From the NCBI GenBank assembly GCA_965247115.1, contig CBDFGR010000003.1:992001-1056000 (forward strand): a stretch of 64,000 nt of DNA, written 5' to 3'. This DNA is from Myxococcota bacterium (GTDB lineage: Bacteria; Myxococcota_A; UBA9160; SZUA-336). The notes under the pieces are model-generated. The model saw only the letters and a program-made list of their open reading frames with translations. It was not told where the DNA came from and made no database searches. Numbering within the stretch: the first letter of the stretch is position 1; each line of letters begins with the position of its first letter. This document shows positions 12,419 to 22,117 of this stretch, one piece after another. The position numbers and the translations under genes were made by a program.

Positions 12419-13153
12419 CTAGGGTATTGGTTCGGCCGGAGAGTGTCCAGCACGCCGCGCCACCTCGGCTTGCGGTTTGCGCAGATAGCGAAGCTCGACC
12501 TCGGGGCCGGGTAAGGACCCTCCGGCCTCGGCCAGTCGCGCACCGAGCAACCCTACGCTCGCTGCGCGCGGTCGCGCCTGAGCCGCACTCAGGATGCGCG
12601 CGCGTTCGCCGTGGGCGGCCTCGATGAGCTTCGCATGGCGCAGTGCTCCGCTCCCCAGAAAGTGGAGGCGGTCGCCCGTGTGGGGAAGGGAGCGGAGCCA
12701 CGAGCCCGGCTCCGTAACCCGGTCCTCTTGCAGCTCGTGGCCGTTGGGTCCGTACAGGCCCGTGTACACCTCCCCTCGACGTGCGTCGAGCATGGGGACG
12801 ATGTGCAGGGCGTCTCCCGCATGCATCGAGAGGGCGGCCAGCGTAGGAACCGGAACGATCCGTCGCTCGGTGTCGAAGCATAGGCCAAGGGCCATCGCCA
12901 GCCCTACGCGGAGACCCGTGAAGGAGCCGGGGCCGATCGACAGTGCGATCAACGGGAAGTCGTCGAGGTTCCGCCCGGCGCGCTGCAACAGCTGGTCCAG
13001 CGTCACGAGCAGGGTGGACGCGCTCCGCTGGGACGCGCCAAAGCTCTGCTCTGCGAGGAGACGGGGGCCCTCCAGCAATGCGACTCCACCGGCTTCGGTG
13101 GCGGCCTCCAGCGCGATGATTCCAGCAGGCGGCCGGGAGGCCGCTGTGCTCAC
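12419..13153 (-). CDS. tsaB: t6A biosynthesis protein TsaB
   Basis: GPGSFTGLRVG, DARRGEVY, YLR. Confidence 0.95.
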   Translation of the reverse strand: MSTAASRPPAGIIALEAATEAGGVALLEGPRLLAEQSFGASQRSASTLLVTLDQLLQRAGRNLDDFPLIALSIGPGSFTGLRVGLAMALGLCFDTERRIVPVPTLAALSMHAGDALHIVPMLDARRGEVYTGLYGPNGHELQEDRVTEPGSWLRSLPHTGDRLHFLGSGALRHAKLIEAAHGERARILSAAQARPRAASVGLLGARLAEAGGSLPGPEVELRYLRKPQAEVARRAGHSPAEPIP

Positions 13154-14772
13154 ACCAGTCCTCTGAGGAAGCCGACGATGCCTTCCCAGTTCCGGGAGAT
13201 GTCGTTCCAGAACGCGAAGCCCATCAACACCATGATCAATGACAGGCCCACGGCCTGGGCCATCTCGCGCGCGCGGTCGGGAAGCGGGCTGCCTCGCACG
13301 AGCTCCGCAAGCGTCAGGAGGATCTGCCCGCCGTCGAGTACAGGTATGGGCAGCAGATTGAGGATGGCGAGGTTCACACTGATCACCGCCATGAACGAGA
13401 AGAAGTCGGCCCAGGAGCGCTGGAGTGTGTCGGCCGCGATCTCCCCGATGCCAATCGGTCCTGCCAGGCTTCCGATGCCGACGGAGCCACTGAAGAGCTG
13501 AATCAGCCCCCGGACGATCAGCACCAACATGTCGCCCGTGCCCACCACGCCACGCCAGAGCGCCACGAACGGGTTGGCGATCACCTCGTCCACGAACTCA
13601 CCACCGGCGAGCTCGGGGCCGATGGTGATCCCGATCACGAAGCGCGTCTCCATGCCCCCATCCCGTGTCGGGATCACTCTCTTGGTGGCGCTCAGCTCGG
13701 TGCTCACGCTCTGGCCGTCGCGCAGGAGCTCGAGCTCGAGCGACTCGCCCTGGCTGGCACGGATCAGGGCTCTGACCTGCTCTCCGCTCACAACCGGCTG
13801 ACCGGCCACTCTCAGGAACAGGTCTCCCTTCTCCAGGCCTGCGGCTCTGGCAGGACTCGCAGGCTCGACATCGAGCACGCTGAAGTCGGCGGACACGAGG
13901 CCCAGGGCCTCGAGCGTCCGTGCCTCCTCGGTCCGGATCGTCAGCAGGAGACGTTCTTCCGTGTCCTCCAGGCTGCGCCGCACGTCGAGCTCGAGCGCTC
14001 CCTCAGCCTGGCCGATGGCCGTGGCCAGACCGTAGCGATCCGCGATCTCGACGCCGTTCACGGCGTCGATCCGGTCACCGGTGCGCACGCCGGCCCGTGC
14101 CGCCAGGCCGTCCTCGTCCGTCACACCAACCATCGAAGAGGCGGCGAACGACTCGACGCCGATCGGCCCGACCCCTCCATCCTCCAGACGCTCCCGCTCG
14201 ATCACGAACTCGAGCGCTTCCCCGTCCCGCTCCACTCCGATCGCGACCGCGTGAGCTTCGGCGGAGCGGAGGGCCGAAGTCAGGTCCTTCCAGCGCCAAA
14301 CCTCCGCGGAGTCCACGCTGACGATGCGATCTCCTGGCAGCAGTCCACTCTGCTCTGCGGGGGACTCCGGCCGGACCGCGCCGACGCGGGAGGTCAGCGT
14401 CGGAATGCCCGTCATCAGGAGCCCGGCGACCACGAACACCGGCAGGAGCACGTTCATCGCGGGTCCGGCGAGCGCGATCGCGATCCGTTGCCACGGCGGC
14501 TTGTAGTTGAATGCGCGCTCGCGCTCGGCTTCCGGCAGCTCCTCGCCGGGAACCTCGCCAAGCATCTTGACGTAGCCGCCCAGCGGCAGGGCGGCCACGA
14601 CGTACTCGGTCTCTCCAACCGTGCGCCGCAGCAGCGCCGGGCCGAAACCGAGCGAGAAGCGTTCGACCCGGACGTCGAACAGCTTCGCAACGAGGAAGTG
14701 GCCGAGCTCGTGAACAAAGATGAGCACGCCGAGCAGGATCACGATCGGCAGGAGCGCGTCGCCGAGACTCAT
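13150..14772 (-). CDS. rseP: RIP metalloprotease RseP with multiple PDZ domains
   Basis: HELGHF, GGYVKM, NLLPIPVLDGG. Confidence 0.97.
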   Translation of the reverse strand: MSLGDALLPIVILLGVLIFVHELGHFLVAKLFDVRVERFSLGFGPALLRRTVGETEYVVAALPLGGYVKMLGEVPGEELPEAERERAFNYKPPWQRIAIALAGPAMNVLLPVFVVAGLLMTGIPTLTSRVGAVRPESPAEQSGLLPGDRIVSVDSAEVWRWKDLTSALRSAEAHAVAIGVERDGEALEFVIERERLEDGGVGPIGVESFAASSMVGVTDEDGLAARAGVRTGDRIDAVNGVEIADRYGLATAIGQAEGALELDVRRSLEDTEERLLLTIRTEEARTLEALGLVSADFSVLDVEPASPARAAGLEKGDLFLRVAGQPVVSGEQVRALIRASQGESLELELLRDGQSVSTELSATKRVIPTRDGGMETRFVIGITIGPELAGGEFVDEVIANPFVALWRGVVGTGDMLVLIVRGLIQLFSGSVGIGSLAGPIGIGEIAADTLQRSWADFFSFMAVISVNLAILNLLPIPVLDGGQILLTLAELVRGSPLPDRAREMAQAVGLSLIMVLMGFAFWNDISRNWEGIVGFLRGLV

Positions 14773-15929
14773 CGCCGCCGTTCTCCGATGAACTGTCGCG
14801 CTCGCTCGCGAGCGGATCGATCCGCGCTACGGATCTCGTCGAGTGCGAGACCCGGCAGCACGAGCTCCCGCTCTAGCACATGCTCGGAGGTTGCCACGAT
14901 CGTGGGAAAGGAGATCGCACCGTCGAGAAACGCGGCCACCGCGACTTCGTTCGCCGCATTGAGCGCGGCTGGCGCCGTCCCTCCGCGACAGAGAGCCTCC
15001 CGGGCCAGGCCGAGCGCAGGAAAGCGCGCTTGATCGGGAGCTTCGAAGCGCAAACTGCCGACGGCGACGAGGTCCAGCGTCGGCAGGTCGGGCAGCGGGA
15101 GCCGCTCGGGCATGCCGAGAGTGTAGGCGATGGGAATACGCATGTCGGGAATGCCGAGCTGCGCGAGCCAGCTGCCGTCGCGGAACTCGACAAAGGAGTG
15201 GACGATGCTCTCCGGGTGAATCACCACATCGATCTGCGCCGGTTCCAGGTCGAAGAGCCAGCGCGCCTCGATCACTTCAAAGCCCTTGTTCAACAACGTC
15301 GCAGAGTCGACTGTGATCTTGTCGCCCATGTCCCAGTTCGGGTGGGAAAGCGCCTCGTCGGGTGTCACCGTCTCCATCCGCTGTGACGTCGCCTGCCGGA
15401 AGGGGCCCCCAGAAGCCGTCAGCACGACCCGCCGCAGGGCCTCACGCGGCTGGCCGGCCAGGCACTGGTGGATGGCCACATGTTCCGAATCGAGCGGTAG
15501 GATTGCAGACCCCGAGCGGCGCGCCTCCTCCAGAACCAGCTGGCCGGCCGTGACGAGCACCTCTTTGTTCGCAAGCGCGACCTGTGTGCCGCTGCGGAGC
15601 GCCGCGATGATCGGCTCCAGGCCCAGACGACCGACAAGGGCCCCGATCACCAGATCGCTCGGCTCCGAGGCCACCTCGATCAGTCCTTCAGGGCCGAACA
15701 CGACCCGGATCTCCGGGTCGCCGAGCGCAGCCTGTACGCGGATCGCGTCGTCCCGCGAGGCGACGGACACCAGACGAGGTCGGAACTGCTTGGCCTGCTC
15801 CAGAACCAGGCCCACGTTGCGTCCCGCCGCGATGGCCGAGACCGTGAGCCGCTCTCGAAAGCTGCCGATGACCTCTAGCGCCTGAGTCCCGATCGATCCG
15901 GTCGATCCCAGGATGCTGACGCTCTTCAC
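14769..15929 (-). CDS. dxr: 1-deoxy-D-xylulose 5-phosphate reductoisomerase
   Basis: GSTGSIG, LANKE, DSEH, HPNWDMG, NAANE; GTG start overlaps the uppS stop. Confidence 0.98.
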   Translation of the reverse strand: MKSVSILGSTGSIGTQALEVIGSFRERLTVSAIAAGRNVGLVLEQAKQFRPRLVSVASRDDAIRVQAALGDPEIRVVFGPEGLIEVASEPSDLVIGALVGRLGLEPIIAALRSGTQVALANKEVLVTAGQLVLEEARRSGSAILPLDSEHVAIHQCLAGQPREALRRVVLTASGGPFRQATSQRMETVTPDEALSHPNWDMGDKITVDSATLLNKGFEVIEARWLFDLEPAQIDVVIHPESIVHSFVEFRDGSWLAQLGIPDMRIPIAYTLGMPERLPLPDLPTLDLVAVGSLRFEAPDQARFPALGLAREALCRGGTAPAALNAANEVAVAAFLDGAISFPTIVATSEHVLERELVLPGLALDEIRSADRSARERARQFIGERRR

Positions 15930-16666
15930 GAGCCCTTCCGGACCTGCGCGCCCGTGCGTCCGAAGCGCCGCTCGCGCCGCTGGTACTGCTCGATCGCCTC
16001 CACCAGGTCCTGCTTGGTGAAATCCGGCCAGAGTGCGTCGGTGATCCACAGCTCGGTGTAGGCGATTTGCCAGAGCAGAAAGTTCGAGATCCTGTGCTCC
16101 GCTCCTGTGCGGATCAGCAGGTCTGGATCCGGAAGGTCGGGTGCGTACAGCATCTCGCGGATGTCCTTCTCCTCGATCGCTTCCGGATCGAATCCCCCGC
16201 TCTCGACGCGACGCGCGATCGCGCGCACAGCATCCACGATCTCCGTCCGGCCGCTGTAGGAGAGGGCAAAGGTCAGGACCATCTGGTCGTTGCCTGCGGT
16301 GCGCGTCTCGAGGGTGCGCACCGCCCGTTGGAGCGGCGGCTTGAGCACGTGCAGTCGGCCAATCGTCCGAACCTGGATGCCGTTCGCCTCGAGCTCCTCG
16401 GACTCCTCGGAGATGTAGTGGTCGAGCAGACCCATGATCGCCTCGACCTCGTCCGTGGGACGTTCCCAGTTCTCGGTCGAGAACGCATAGAGCGTCAGCT
16501 GCTTGATGCCCAGCTCGTGTGCGGCACGGACCACCTCTCGTACGACCTCGGTTCCGCGGCTGTGCCCCAGGGTACGCGGAAGCCCGCGGGACTCAGCCCA
16601 GCGGCCATTCCCGTCGGGGATGATCGCCACGTGGCTTGGGATGTTGGCGGGATCAAGACGGCTCAT
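15926..16666 (-). CDS. uppS: Undecaprenyl diphosphate synthase
   Basis: HVAIIPDGNGRWA, FSTENW, RISNFLLWQ. Confidence 0.98.
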   Translation of the reverse strand: MSRLDPANIPSHVAIIPDGNGRWAESRGLPRTLGHSRGTEVVREVVRAAHELGIKQLTLYAFSTENWERPTDEVEAIMGLLDHYISEESEELEANGIQVRTIGRLHVLKPPLQRAVRTLETRTAGNDQMVLTFALSYSGRTEIVDAVRAIARRVESGGFDPEAIEEKDIREMLYAPDLPDPDLLIRTGAEHRISNFLLWQIAYTELWITDALWPDFTKQDLVEAIEQYQRRERRFGRTGAQVRKGS

Positions 16667-16672
16667 TCGTTG

Positions 16673-17242
16673 TCAGATCCGGAGGATCTCCTCCTCTTTC
16701 GACGCGATTACCTCGTCGATCTTCGAGGTGTAGTCGTCCGTGGCTTCCTGGATCTTTCGCTGGCCAGTTCGCGACTCATCCTTGGTCAGGTCTCCATCCT
16801 TCTCGAGCTCCTTCAGCATCGAGATTGCGTCACGCCGCGCTCCCCGCACGCCGACCTTGTGATCCTCGGCCATTTTCTTGACCTGCTTCACGAGATCGCG
16901 ACGCCGTTCCTCCGTAAGCTCGGGGATCGGGATCCGGAGCAGCTTCCCATCGTTGACAGGTGCGAGTCCAAGGTCGCTCTTCAAGATGGCTTTCTCGATC
17001 TCTGGGATCGTTCCCGAATCAAAGGGCTGCACGGTCAGCAAGCGCGCCTCGGGAGCGTTGATGGTGGCGAGCGTCTTCAGCGGTGTTGGCGAGTCGTAAT
17101 AGTTGACGGAGACTCCCTCCAGGAGCACCGGGTTCGCTCGACCGGTTCGTATCCGCGAGAGCTCGTGTGCGAGGCTGCCCAGAGATTTCTCCATCGCCTC
17201 CTTCCCTTCCGTCAGGACCAGATCGACATCCTCGTCGGCCAC
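16673..17242 (-). CDS. frr: Ribosome recycling factor
   Basis: IRTGRAN, PELTEERR. Confidence 0.98.
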   Translation of the reverse strand: MADEDVDLVLTEGKEAMEKSLGSLAHELSRIRTGRANPVLLEGVSVNYYDSPTPLKTLATINAPEARLLTVQPFDSGTIPEIEKAILKSDLGLAPVNDGKLLRIPIPELTEERRRDLVKQVKKMAEDHKVGVRGARRDAISMLKELEKDGDLTKDESRTGQRKIQEATDDYTSKIDEVIASKEEEILRI

Positions 17243-17257
17243 CCGCGTTCCTCCTCA

Positions 17258-17971
17258 TCAAGCGCCCACGGCCGTCCCAATCGGCTCACCGTGAATCGCT
17301 CTAAGGATATTCCCTCGGGTCTCCATATTGAAGATCACGATCGGGAGCTTGTTGTCCTGACACAGCGAGATCGCGGTCGCGTCCATGACGCCGAGATTTC
17401 GATGCAGAAACTCCCTGTACGTCACCTGCTCGTACTTGCGTGCCCCGGGAAACTGCTCCGGGTCGGAGTCGTATACCCCGTCCACCCGGGTTCCCTTCAA
17501 CAGAACCTCGGCGCCGACTTCCATCGCGCGCAGGGCTGCACCTGTATCGGTGGTGAAGAAAGGGTTCCCCGTGCCGGCGGCAAAGATCACGATCCGGCCC
17601 TTCTCCAGGTGGCGGACGGCTCGACGGCGGATGTGCGGCTCCGCTACCTGCCTGATCTCGATCGCGGACAACACGCGTGTCGTCGCCCCCGACTTCTCTA
17701 GCCCGTCCTGGAGCGCTAATGCGTTCATGACGCTCGCGAGCATGCCCATGTAGTCCGCGGCGGTGCGGTCGAGCCCTTCGGCCGCAGCGGTGATGCCGCG
17801 AATCACGTTTCCGCCTCCACACACGATGCCGAGCTCCACGCCGGCCTCCGAGACCTCGACTAGCTGCTCCGCCGTCTCGCGGACCTTCGACGTGTCGATC
17901 CCGAAGCCCCCCCCTCCAGCCATGCTCTGTCCGGAGATCTTGAGGAGAACGCGCTTGTAGACGGGTTTCAT
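17258..17971 (-). CDS. pyrH: UMP kinase
   Basis: RVLLKISG, GGGN, GTGNPFFTTD. Confidence 0.98.
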   Translation of the reverse strand: MKPVYKRVLLKISGQSMAGGGGFGIDTSKVRETAEQLVEVSEAGVELGIVCGGGNVIRGITAAAEGLDRTAADYMGMLASVMNALALQDGLEKSGATTRVLSAIEIRQVAEPHIRRRAVRHLEKGRIVIFAAGTGNPFFTTDTGAALRAMEVGAEVLLKGTRVDGVYDSDPEQFPGARKYEQVTYREFLHRNLGVMDATAISLCQDNKLPIVIFNMETRGNILRAIHGEPIGTAVGA

Positions 17972-18807
17972 CCCTCGAGCTCTTCTCCCAATTGGAGACG
18001 CCGGAATCCCGTAATCTCGGCCCCGGCCTGCTGGGCGGCTTTGGCCACCGTCGTGTCGGAATCCATCACGAGCTGTTGCTCGAGGAGCACGACCTCTTTG
18101 AAGAACTTGCTCAGGCGGCCTTCTACCATCTTCTCGATGATCTTCGGGGGCTTGCCTTCCTGCTCCGCTTGCACGGTCAGCACACGGCGCTCCTCGGCCA
18201 CCAGATTCGCAGCCAGATCGTCTCTCGAAACGCTGGACGGACTCACGGCGGCGACGTGCATGCAAACGTTGTGCGCCAGGGACTTCACGGCCTCGTCGAA
18301 CGGATCGTCTGCCTCGACCTGCACGAGCGCGCCGATCTTCCCGCCGGCGTGGACGTAGCTCGCCACAACCCCGTTGCTCGCGGCCTCCAGGCGTTCGAAG
18401 CGCCGAAGCTGGATGTTCTCGCCCAGCTTGGCGATCGCTGCTGTGATCCTTTCCTCCATGCCCTTGCTCAGCTGCTCGACATCGAGCGGAGCCTGATCTC
18501 GTGCGAAGTCGGCACTCTGCTGACACAGCTCGGCGTAGTCGTCCGTCTTCGCAACGAAGTCCGTCTCGCAATTGAGCTCGACCAGTGTCGCGACCTTCGC
18601 GTCCGACGAGACGCTCGCCGTGATCCGCCCCTCGGTCGTGGCTCGCCCCACTCGCTTACTCGCCTTCGCAATGCCGCGTTCGCGGAGCAGCTGGACGGCG
18701 CGCTCGCCGTCGCCCTCGGCCTCGACCAGGGCCCTCTTGCACTCCATCATGCCTGCGCTTGTCTTGTCGCGCAGCGCCTTCACTTCTGCAGCTGAGATCC
18801 TTGCCAC
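17968..18807 (-). CDS. tsf: Elongation factor Ts
   Basis: AGMMECK, ELNCETDFVA; GTG start after GGAGG-like RBS. Confidence 0.98.
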   Translation of the reverse strand: MARISAAEVKALRDKTSAGMMECKRALVEAEGDGERAVQLLRERGIAKASKRVGRATTEGRITASVSSDAKVATLVELNCETDFVAKTDDYAELCQQSADFARDQAPLDVEQLSKGMEERITAAIAKLGENIQLRRFERLEAASNGVVASYVHAGGKIGALVQVEADDPFDEAVKSLAHNVCMHVAAVSPSSVSRDDLAANLVAEERRVLTVQAEQEGKPPKIIEKMVEGRLSKFFKEVVLLEQQLVMDSDTTVAKAAQQAGAEITGFRRLQLGEELEG

Positions 18808-18835
18808 CTCTCCCTCCTTGTCGTTCCGGGGTCGG

Positions 18836-19903
18836 CTACGACGATTCGGCTCCCTCGGACCCGCCTGGCGGCACCTCGGCCGGAGTGTCTTCGGTCGGAA
18901 CATCCTCGATCGGAGCGCTCACAGTCGCAGTGCCCTCGGTCGGAGCGGCCTCGGTCGGAGCAGCCTCGGTCGGAGCAGCCTCGGTCGGAGCAGCCGCCAC
19001 CGCCTCCCCAGCTGGCTCCGGGCTCTCCTCGAGCTCCTTGCGGCGCTCCTCTGCCATGCGCTCCATGCGCGCGGGCCTGCGGGCGGGCTGGGTGATCTCT
19101 ACCACGCGCTTGCCGTGCTTCGGGGCCTCGGCACCCTCGGCCTCCTCGGGCTTGCCCTTGTCCTCCTCGAGGACGCGCCGATTGAACAGCTCGGCCCCCT
19201 CCAGACACGCCTCGCCGAGCTTCTCGCAGTAGAGCCGAATTGCACGCAGCGCATCGTCGTTGCCCGGCACTGTGAAATCGATGCCTTCGGGGTCACAGTT
19301 CGAGTCGACCACGGCAACCAACGGGATCTGTAGACGTTGCGCCTCCTTGACCGCGATGGACTCCCGCTTGATGTCGATGACGAAGACGGCGTCTGGCAGC
19401 CGCTCCATCTCGACCATCCCCTCGAAGGCCTTGTGCAGCTTCAGGTGCTCCCGCGTGAGTCGGGAGCGCTCCTTCTTGCTCAGCCCCTCCTCGTTCTCCT
19501 CGTCGGCCAGTAGCGCAGTCAGCTCCTTGTAACGACTGATGCCCTTCTGGATCGTGCGGAAGTTCGTCAGCATTCCGCCGAGCCAGCGCCTGTGCACGTA
19601 CGGCATGGCGCATCGCTTGGCCTCTTCCGCAACGATCTCCTGGGCCTGGCGTTTGGTGCCAACAAAGAGGAGCGTGCCGCCGCTCGCGACGAGCTCGCGC
19701 GCAAACTCACAGGCCTCGCGGAAGCGCGGCAGCGTGTGCTGCAGATCGATGATGTGCACACCGTTGCGTTCCCCGTAGAGGAACGGCTTCATGTGGGGGT
19801 GCCAACGGCGGGTCTGGTGGCCGAAGTGAATGCCCGCCTCAAGCAGCTCTTGCATCGAGACCGAGCTGGTCCTGACCTCCGGTACGGGATCTGGCGCAGA
19901 CAT
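18836..19903 (-). CDS. rpsB: 30S ribosomal protein S2 with long acidic C-terminal tail
   Basis: EAGIHFGHQT, RWLGGMLTN, PGNDD. Confidence 0.98.
   Translation of the reverse strand: MSAPDPVPEVRTSSVSMQELLEAGIHFGHQTRRWHPHMKPFLYGERNGVHIIDLQHTLPRFREACEFARELVASGGTLLFVGTKRQAQEIVAEEAKRCAMPYVHRRWLGGMLTNFRTIQKGISRYKELTALLADEENEEGLSKKERSRLTREHLKLHKAFEGMVEMERLPDAVFVIDIKRESIAVKEAQRLQIPLVAVVDSNCDPEGIDFTVPGNDDALRAIRLYCEKLGEACLEGAELFNRRVLEEDKGKPEEAEGAEAPKHGKRVVEITQPARRPARMERMAEERRKELEESPEPAGEAVAAAPTEAAPTEAAPTEAAPTEGTATVSAPIEDVPTEDTPAEVPPGGSEGAESS
18934..18993. repeat. 15-bp tandem repeat x4 (CCTCGGTCGGAGCRG) encoding AAPTE in the S2 tail
   Basis: Four copies read directly, with degenerate copies nearby. Confidence 0.95.
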
Positions 19904-20040
19904 CGAGTGTCCTTTTCGTTTTGGTCGCCGACAACGGCGACGCTGGATTTTGACCTCCGCCCCTCGGAGCGCGCGTTACCGCTCGCTCCGCCGCTCGACC
20001 GCGCGCACGCGAACCCGGAGCGGGCGGGACGTGTGAAGTG
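19904..20040 (-). promoter_or_regulatory. rpsB 5' leader (probable t44/S2-type autoregulatory RNA)
   Basis: Position between promoter and rpsB; CACAC near the 5' end, GGAGG near the 3' end, GC-rich stems. Confidence 0.5.
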
Positions 20041-20046
20041 GCCCCG

Positions 20047-20075
20047 GGTATAGCAGAGCGATCTCGGCGCGGCAA
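20047..20075 (-). promoter_or_regulatory. Sigma70 promoter of the rpsB-tsf operon
   Basis: TTGCCG-N17-TATACC with extended TG. Confidence 0.65.
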
Positions 20076-20127
20076 GCCTAAGCTACTGGATTCAAAGGCT
20101 TTGCGACTCGGGACTGCTTCGGGCTGA

Positions 20128-20820
20128 TCAGCCCGACGGACCCACCGAGATTCCATCGAGATGCTGGATGCGGTTGAAGGACTCGAGCGCCCAGATGTGA
20201 CCGTTTGCAACCGGGATCGTCCGCACCCGGCTGATGCCGGTCCAGGCACTCGAGAAGCGCATCCAGGCCCACGACACAGGCTCGATCCCGAGGAGGTGCG
20301 AGAGGATGACTGCGTTCGTTCCCTCGTGTGCGACGATCAGTACGCGCTCCTCGGCGCCGGGTACGTGCCAGATCCGGTGACCTGAGTTGAGCCGAACCTG
20401 CATCCCGTGGGTCTCGGTCAGCAGATCCTCGATTCCGCTGCTCACTCGCTCGTAGAAGTGCCGAAAGGACTCTCCACCCGGCATTCCCGCCCACTGCAGC
20501 TCCAGGTTTCGAGCGCGCGCCTCGCCGAAGAACTCCTGCACCTCCGCCGCGGTCTTGCCCTCCATCTTCGGGAGGCGGAGCTCCCCGAGCCAGGCGACCT
20601 CCAGCGCCTCCATGCCGAGCGCCTCAGCGATCGGCTCAGCCGTCTCCACGGCTCGCCGCAGCGGGCTCACGTACACGTGGTCGAAGCGCTCCGCCGCTAG
20701 CGCGGCCGCGGTCCGGCGCGCCTGCTCGCGGCCCACGCAGGTCAGGGCCGGCTGGTCGACGGCCCGGCCATCAGGCTCCCAGTCTGGCTGTGCGTGGCGG
20801 ACCAGAACCACCTCAGTCAC
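20128..20820 (-). CDS. Histidine phosphatase family protein
   Basis: LVRHA, SPLRRAVET, GES, VAHEG. Confidence 0.9.
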   Translation of the reverse strand: MTEVVLVRHAQPDWEPDGRAVDQPALTCVGREQARRTAAALAAERFDHVYVSPLRRAVETAEPIAEALGMEALEVAWLGELRLPKMEGKTAAEVQEFFGEARARNLELQWAGMPGGESFRHFYERVSSGIEDLLTETHGMQVRLNSGHRIWHVPGAEERVLIVAHEGTNAVILSHLLGIEPVSWAWMRFSSAWTGISRVRTIPVANGHIWALESFNRIQHLDGISVGPSG

Positions 20821-20954
20821 TCGAAGACTCCGACGGGATCAGCCCGGGTTGCGCAGGGTAGGCGATCGCTTGTCGAGCTCAAGCTCCCCGTCTCGCAAAT
20901 TAACAAAGGATCTGCTTTACTTTCAGATACCCACTTCCTCGAAGGGATCGGAGC

Positions 20955-21326
20955 ATGCTCAAGATCAACGGCGTGTACGAGGTTGCGATTCGCGTCAAGG
21001 AGCTGGTACGAGCCGAGGCCTTCTACCTCGACGTTCTGGGTCTCGAGCCGGGCCTGCGCGACGAGGCGCGAAACTGGCACTTCCTACGGGTGGGCGGGGG
21101 CGCCGGCATGGTGGTGCTGCAGGAGGACACGGGCGACTGGCCCACGCAGCACCTCGCCTTTGCCGTGGATCCGGCCGAGCTCGAGCGCGCGGTGGGCGCA
21201 CTCGAAGAGCGCGGCGTCGCCACCAAGGGGCCGATCACGCACGACTGGATGCCGGCAACGTCTCTCTACTTCTCCGACCCCGACGGCCACGAGCTGGAAC
21301 TCTGCGCGCCCGTCTCCAGCGCATAG
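20955..21326 (+). CDS. VOC/glyoxalase family protein
   Basis: AFYLDVLGL, HLAFAV, YFSDPDGHELE. Confidence 0.9.
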   Translation: MLKINGVYEVAIRVKELVRAEAFYLDVLGLEPGLRDEARNWHFLRVGGGAGMVVLQEDTGDWPTQHLAFAVDPAELERAVGALEERGVATKGPITHDWMPATSLYFSDPDGHELELCAPVSSA

Positions 21327-21334
21327 TTGCCAGA

Positions 21335-22045
21335 CTAGCTCGAGTCGTACTCGTCGCGGCGACGCACCCAAGCGAGCGGGAAGGGCAGCTCGTCCTCGTC
21401 CCTCCCCTTGGGGGCGATGTCGAGAAAGCCGTACGCGCCGTTCATACGGTCGAGGCCGCGAGCGTATGTCGAGTAGGTGTGAAAAACCTGGCCCGAGTCA
21501 TCCCGGCAGAACACGCTCGTTCCGTGCATCTCCTGCGAGCGCGGGCCGATTCTCTGGTAGTTGTAGGTCGTCTCGCCGCGACTCATCTCCGCATCGGTCG
21601 CGCTGACGTTGAAGTCGAAGTTGAAAGAGCCATCCAGCGAGGAAACCCAGGGAAACGACCAGCCCATCCGCTTTCGATAGGCCAGCAGCCGATCCAGCGG
21701 AGCGCGCGAAACCGCGACGAAGCTCACGTCGCGCTGGTTCATGTGCACGACCATGGGGTCGTACCCGTCTGCCCAGAACGAGCAAAATGGGCAGCCCTCC
21801 GTCCAGTCTGGGCCAAACATGAAGTGCTGAACGACGAGCTGGCTGCGGCCCTCAAACAGATCGCCAAGCGACGCCTGGCCTTGTTCGGTCCGAAACAGGT
21901 AGTTCGTATCGATCCTCACCCACGGCAGGGAGCGCCTCTTCTCGGCGAGCGCATCGGACTGTCGCGCGTGCGCCTTCTCTTCCTCGAGCAACTCCACACG
22001 GGCCTTCAGCCACTCCTCTCGCGAGACGACCTTCTGTGCGCTCAT
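21335..22045 (-). CDS. DUF899 thioredoxin-like protein
   Basis: SREEWL, LFEGRSQL, HFMFGP, GCPFCS, PKGRDE. Confidence 0.9.
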   Translation of the reverse strand: MSAQKVVSREEWLKARVELLEEEKAHARQSDALAEKRRSLPWVRIDTNYLFRTEQGQASLGDLFEGRSQLVVQHFMFGPDWTEGCPFCSFWADGYDPMVVHMNQRDVSFVAVSRAPLDRLLAYRKRMGWSFPWVSSLDGSFNFDFNVSATDAEMSRGETTYNYQRIGPRSQEMHGTSVFCRDDSGQVFHTYSTYARGLDRMNGAYGFLDIAPKGRDEDELPFPLAWVRRRDEYDSS

Positions 22046-22117
22046 CGAGCTCTCCTCTTGCGACGTCACCAGGATACGCCCATCCGGCAGGCTAGGCGCT
22101 GACTCGAGGCGGGACAG

